Positions 59,681 to 64,000 of a stretch of 64,000 nt of DNA are shown here, piece by piece. The number at the start of each line of letters is the position of its first letter. Position 1 is the first letter of the stretch. The stretch is from Candidatus Poribacteria bacterium (lineage in GTDB: Bacteria; Poribacteria; WGA-4E; WGA-3G): positions 3,680,001 to 3,744,000 of the forward strand of contig CAXXLX010000001.1 in NCBI GenBank assembly GCA_963665235.2. The letters run 5' to 3'. The notes below the pieces were generated by a model. The model had not been told where the DNA came from, did no database searches, and was given only the letters and a program-made list of their open reading frames with translations. Made by a program: the position numbers and the translations under genes.

Positions 59681-60709
59681 ATGTTTGTTCCGGTTCAAAG
59701 CAAGTCTGGCAATCCATTAATGCCGACAGATTCTAACAAAGCAGGCGTGCTAATCAAAAAAGGATTGGCAACGCCATATTGGCGTAACGGTATCTTTTGT
59801 ATTCGGCTAAACTACGAGACAAAAGAACACACACAGAAAATCTGTGTAGGCGTGGATCCTGGTTCCAAGAAAGAAGGCTTCACGGTGAAGTCTGAGGCTC
59901 ACACATATCTGAATGTGCAAGCCGATGCACATAACAAAGTTGGAAAAAAAGTTAAAAGAAGACGTATCTTGAGACGGGGTCGTAGAACCCGGAAGTGTCC
60001 AAACCGGAAGCATCGAACAAATCGAGCAGCGAAGAAAGAACGTCTTCCGGCAGGCACACGTGCCCGTTGGGATTGGAAACTTCGGATATTAGATTGGTTG
60101 TCTAAACTCTATCCTGTTACACACGTCTGTGTTGAGGACATCAAAGCACGGACTATTGAACATGCTAAGAAATGGAACACAGCTTTTAGTCCGCTTGAGG
60201 TGGGCAAGACATGGTTTTATGGTGAAATAGAAAAGCGGTGGGAACTGCTAACCCTTCAAGGGTGGCAGACAAAACAGCTGCGCGACAGGCTCGGTTTGAA
60301 AAAGTCATCTCAAAAGTTGGCAGCGACTTTTGAGGCACATTGTGTTGACGCGTGGTGTTTAGCCTACCATACCGTGGGGGGGGATGCGGAAACCGTGGAC
60401 AATACAGATATATTCTGCATTTCACCGATACCCATACGCAGGCGGGAACTGCATCGGCAGAACCCACAAACCGGGGGAAACAGACCCCGCTATGGGGGGA
60501 CTGTGCTAACGGATACACTTATCAAAAACACACTGATCAAACATGGTAAGCATGGTATCACACGCCTTGCGGGTATTAATGCGAAAGGGGTGTTTTCTAT
60601 CTATAGCTTAGAAGGCGAACGCCTCACAACAAGTGCGAAACGCACAGATTTTCAAGTCCTAACACGCTTGAACTTCAACTACAAAGGCGGATTTTCCTCC
60701 CCCGCATAA
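59681..60709 (+). CDS. isrB: IsrB RNA-guided nickase (PLMP plus split RuvC, no HNH)
   Basis: PLMP, RuvC-I VGVDPGSK, bridge helix RRILRRGRRTRK, RuvC-II CVEDIK, RuvC-III HCVDAWCLA; 342 aa with no HNH insertion. Confidence 0.88.
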   Translation: MFVPVQSKSGNPLMPTDSNKAGVLIKKGLATPYWRNGIFCIRLNYETKEHTQKICVGVDPGSKKEGFTVKSEAHTYLNVQADAHNKVGKKVKRRRILRRGRRTRKCPNRKHRTNRAAKKERLPAGTRARWDWKLRILDWLSKLYPVTHVCVEDIKARTIEHAKKWNTAFSPLEVGKTWFYGEIEKRWELLTLQGWQTKQLRDRLGLKKSSQKLAATFEAHCVDAWCLAYHTVGGDAETVDNTDIFCISPIPIRRRELHRQNPQTGGNRPRYGGTVLTDTLIKNTLIKHGKHGITRLAGINAKGVFSIYSLEGERLTTSAKRTDFQVLTRLNFNYKGGFSSPA

Positions 60710-61058
60710 ATGCTGGGGGTTTCCAATCCGAAGAACTTGATGAAGAGGAACATTATCCGATTCCACCGCCAGACCCTATTGAAGCAATCCTTCACTACAT
60801 GGAAAACCAAGGGTTATCTGAAGATGACCTCGAACCCTATCTCGGTTCGTGTCCTTACGTATTAGAAGTCCTGAATCGGCAACGCAGCTTGTCTCTGGAC
60901 ATGATTCGGAAATTGCACAAAGCACTCGGAATTCCAGATGATATCTTGGTTCAACCTTATGCATTACGAACGAATTCATGAAAAATTTCGGTTTTCATTA
61001 GAATTAGTTTCAACAACATTTCCACTTTGTAGGAATTTGTTATCAAAACTAGCTATAT

Positions 61059-61203
61059 TAACGCAAGTTGCCATATAGTAGCACAAACTTCCTAGTTTGT
61101 GCCATAAGGGTGTAAACTAAAAGTTCACGCTACAATTAGCAGCAGTTTTTCACTAAAAGCGGCGTTCCCAAGTCTAAAAACTTATAGGTAGCAACTTGGG
61201 TTA
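61059..61203. mobile_element. MITE-like family B copy; TAT flanking duplication
   Basis: TAACGCAAGTTGC...GCAACTTGGGTTA; internal GTAGCACAAACT-TCCT-AGTTTGTGC and a second, inverted REP. Confidence 0.8.
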
Positions 61204-61225
61204 TATTATGAGGAAAACAAAAATT

Positions 61226-64000
61226 ATGAGATTATTACGATATATACTATGCCTATTCACAATTTTGGCATTCCTTGCACTACCGGTAAGTGCGGATGTC
61301 GATTGGAAAGCACTTGATGTAGGAAATTTATCCTCTGCTATTTACAATACCGCAGTCGTTGGATTTCCCAGTAGTCCTACATCGAACCCCTCCGGATGGT
61401 GGCCTGCCGGAACAAATGACTCCTACATCTATGAAGGCGATATTTGGATCGGTGCCAAAAAAGGCGGGGAAATTGGCGTTTCTGAAGCAGATGGACGGCA
61501 CAGCGAAATTTGGCCGACCGACGACGTGCCGGAGGTCATTTCAAACAAACCCGGTGTGACAGCAAAAGGGACACCGACAAGTCAAACCATCATGTTCAAA
61601 TGCTCTGACACCAACCCCGCAGCAAACACGGGGTTAATCCTCGGGCTAGAACTTGAGGTCAACGGATATCAATGGAGTTATGCGCCACTTTACGATTTCT
61701 TTATCCTTGAGTACAACGTCAAAAACGTTGGAGAGGACACGCTTGAAGACCTATTTATGGCGTTCCGATACGACGTGGATATCTCCAGCAATGAAACCGG
61801 GACATCGAACTACTCCGCTGATGACTTCGTCGCCCTCGATCAGACTCCAGACGGGCTCAACCCTGACGCACACCCGAACCGTTATCTCTCTTACGGATTC
61901 TCCAACGCTTCCTCACCGGGTTACATCGGTTTGCGTGTTCTAGACGCATATCTCGGGGAGGATGAGGAAGATGCCGCGGCAAAAATCCCGTTCACAGCAC
62001 ATAAGCGGATTACGATTTCTACTGACCCAACCACTGATGCCGAGATGTACGCGCTAATCAGTACTCCTGGGGTTGAACCGCTTCCTGCAAACTATGACGA
62101 CCAACGTTTCATCCAATCTTATGGCCCGATTGAATCGTTCGCGCCCGGCGACTCCTTCAATATCATAATCACAGTCGCAATCGGCGAAGGCCTTTCAGGA
62201 TTGCAAGCGGCTTCGGATTGGGCCCAGAAATTGTACGACGACGATTACATTGCCCCAGCACCACCCCCCTCACCCCTTCTCGCAGCTTATCCAGCAGATG
62301 GACAGGTGTCGCTCGTCTGGGAGAGTGCCGAACGTTGGGTGGATGCGGGAGTCAATAAAAGCATTGAGGAATACATTGACCCAACCGACCCGGATAAAAT
62401 CTTTGAAGGATATCGGGTGTACAGACGGGATACCAGTTACAATCAGGACACCGGCACCCCTGTGGAAAGCTGGAAATTGCTAATGGAATTAGACAAACCG
62501 AGTGCCACAGGCAATTTCTTCACAGTGGCACACGTCGGCAAGCAGTCCGATGCTATCATTGAAAATGAGGGAGACGAGCCCTACTTCGCTGACTTCTTCA
62601 AAAACGCAACGTACGCCATTAAATTCAATTCAAGCACTAATTTTGAGGTGATTAACACAACGTTGTGGGAAGTTATGGCGTATAATGCCGAATTTCCAGC
62701 AAATGGCGGCGGGTACGTTGTCGTCAAAGATCCGGCCACAGGTGAAGCTTACCCGGATGGGACATACCGCTCTGGAGAACTCATCTATTTCGGTGGGCTC
62801 TACGTTAAAATTACCGATGGTCCCTCAGGGCCTCCGGTCGCAGGGGATATTTTCCGCGTCGTTTCCACACCATCAATTGCCCTCGGTGAGGATGTAGGTA
62901 TCAAGAATTTCTATACCGATGAAGGGCTAATTAATGGAACGCAATACACCTACGCGGTCACCTCTTACGATACAGGCAACCCGCAAAAGGGATTGCCCGC
63001 GATGGAGAGCAGTCAAATTGAAACGATGGTTCATGTTGTACCACGTCCTCACCCAGCAGGATACAAAGCACCTGTTGTTGAGGTCAAACAGGCCGACGCT
63101 GTAAACGTCACTGTTGAACCCATGGTGCTCGTACCAAGCGATATTACGGGAAATGAATATAAGATTGTCTGGTACGGCGCAAAACAGGTCGGACCCGCAG
63201 GATACATCACAGGCCCCGGCTATCAACCCCCCGGTTATGAAATCGTTGACACCGTAACGAATCAAACGGTAGTCGAAAGACAACCTTTCGCTTGGTATGA
63301 CCCTGCCAACCAGCAAGCTGTTGAAGTGCTCTCCCCGATGTTTGATGGCATCGTCTTGAAGCTAACAGGTGCTGATGTCTCCTACGGAACCCCAGCCGAA
63401 AACGGAATTAACGCCGTTAAATTGACAGCAGGCACAGTCACCGACTGGTCAGTGAAAATTGAATCCCCCGGCGTGGCTGATAACACCTGGCCAAACGTCT
63501 GGTGGTCCACCTATTATCGTCCGCATACCTACACTATCACGTTTACTGACGATACACACGTCAAAGTGGTAGACGAAGATACGGGGGAAGAGATAGCATT
63601 CAATGACCAACGGGCCGATGGATACGCTATCCTGACAGGGGCAGGTTGGAGCGATGAATACGTCCCAGCGGATACAGCAGGTTATTTCCGTATTTTCATT
63701 CGCGGTGCTTACGTGTACATTTTCGATCCGAACAGTGAAATCTCTGCTGGCGATGTATTTACTGTCGAAATGGGCGGTATTAGTGCACCACAAGATGGAG
63801 ACGAGCTGCTTTTGACAACTCAAGGCGCATCGCTTGATGCTGAAGACATCAAAGCGGAGCTCGAAAACATTCGCGTCGTGCCGAATCCTTACCTTGTCAC
63901 AAACAGAGCTGTAACCGAAGTAGGAACAGACAAAATCTTTTTCACACATCTCCCACCTCGATGCACAATCCGAATTTATACGCTGACAGGTGAATTGGTA
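61226..64000 (+). CDS. Large secreted protein with FN3-like region and T9SS-like C-terminal domain (3'-truncated; absent from the ORF track)
   Basis: MRLLRYILCLFTILAFLALPVSA signal, G.WPAGT...YIYEG.IWIGA, FEGYRVYR, YTYAVTSYDTG. The start and the final IRVVPNPY...IFFTHLPPRCTIRIYTLTGELV are in the same frame. Confidence 0.85.
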   Translation, partial: MRLLRYILCLFTILAFLALPVSADVDWKALDVGNLSSAIYNTAVVGFPSSPTSNPSGWWPAGTNDSYIYEGDIWIGAKKGGEIGVSEADGRHSEIWPTDDVPEVISNKPGVTAKGTPTSQTIMFKCSDTNPAANTGLILGLELEVNGYQWSYAPLYDFFILEYNVKNVGEDTLEDLFMAFRYDVDISSNETGTSNYSADDFVALDQTPDGLNPDAHPNRYLSYGFSNASSPGYIGLRVLDAYLGEDEEDAAAKIPFTAHKRITISTDPTTDAEMYALISTPGVEPLPANYDDQRFIQSYGPIESFAPGDSFNIIITVAIGEGLSGLQAASDWAQKLYDDDYIAPAPPPSPLLAAYPADGQVSLVWESAERWVDAGVNKSIEEYIDPTDPDKIFEGYRVYRRDTSYNQDTGTPVESWKLLMELDKPSATGNFFTVAHVGKQSDAIIENEGDEPYFADFFKNATYAIKFNSSTNFEVINTTLWEVMAYNAEFPANGGGYVVVKDPATGEAYPDGTYRSGELIYFGGLYVKITDGPSGPPVAGDIFRVVSTPSIALGEDVGIKNFYTDEGLINGTQYTYAVTSYDTGNPQKGLPAMESSQIETMVHVVPRPHPAGYKAPVVEVKQADAVNVTVEPMVLVPSDITGNEYKIVWYGAKQVGPAGYITGPGYQPPGYEIVDTVTNQTVVERQPFAWYDPANQQAVEVLSPMFDGIVLKLTGADVSYGTPAENGINAVKLTAGTVTDWSVKIESPGVADNTWPNVWWSTYYRPHTYTITFTDDTHVKVVDEDTGEEIAFNDQRADGYAILTGAGWSDEYVPADTAGYFRIFIRGAYVYIFDPNSEISAGDVFTVEMGGISAPQDGDELLLTTQGASLDAEDIKAELENIRVVPNPYLVTNRAVTEVGTDKIFFTHLPPRCTIRIYTLTGELV

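Larger units (their letters stand above)
59470..60739 (+). mobile_element. Non-autonomous IS200/IS605-superfamily OMEGA element (IsrB)
   Basis: Subterminal hairpins CACCCAGC-TAAA-GCTTGGGTG and CCCCCGCA-TAAA-TGCTGGGGG; no TSD; no tnpA. Confidence 0.88.
59337..60981 (+). pseudogene. HigA-like HTH antitoxin/regulator split by the IsrB element (parts 59337..59469 and 60740..60981)
   Basis: Joining the parts gives an intact 124-aa ORF: MEIKPIKTQADYEAAL...LVEAY-EEEHYPIPPPDPIEAI...VLNRQRSLSLDMIRKLHKALGIP. Confidence 0.9.

Noticed and set aside
59681-60709. IscB, TnpB or Cas9 call
   Set aside because: PLMP is present but there is no HNH or zinc finger, and the size fits IsrB.
59470-60739. Self-splicing IStron (upstream exon ends in U, element ends in G)
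   Set aside because: Only 211 non-coding nt, accounted for by the omegaRNA, and no recognisable group I core. RT-PCR across the higA-like gene would settle it.
61359-63949. Short ORFs listed in the last 2.7 kb
   Set aside because: All are alternate-frame or antisense to the long open frame starting at 61226.

Overview
Bacterial chromosomal window. Gene families and style point to Candidatus Poribacteria (inference): secreted proteins ending in VEPxxKLxxTWxxLK, FGE-domain proteins, many Gfo/Idh/MocA oxidoreductases, a heparinase II/III and a WD40 protein. Housekeeping genes include map, ccmC/ccmD-like, gmhA, phoH-ybeY-CNNM/CBS, tRNA-Pro(CGG) and recO. Main observations: (1) a non-autonomous IS200/IS605-type OMEGA element (IsrB plus omegaRNA) splits a HigA-like gene, and its target and TAM (ATGA) can be rebuilt from the flanks; (2) an ArsC-like selenoprotein truncated in the ORF track (in-frame UGA in UxxC, followed by a SECIS-like hairpin); (3) a nested set of non-coding mobile DNA: four ~50-bp-period tandem arrays with one shared hairpin core, at least three MITE-like families, GTAG-type REP hairpins and a 27-nt insert in REP loops; (4) Rpn-type internal-start architecture in two genes, plus a small defence-like island; (5) two candidate C-terminal sorting signals, including a large secreted protein with a T9SS-like tail that runs off the window end. 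No searches could be run, so all family calls come from motif recognition.
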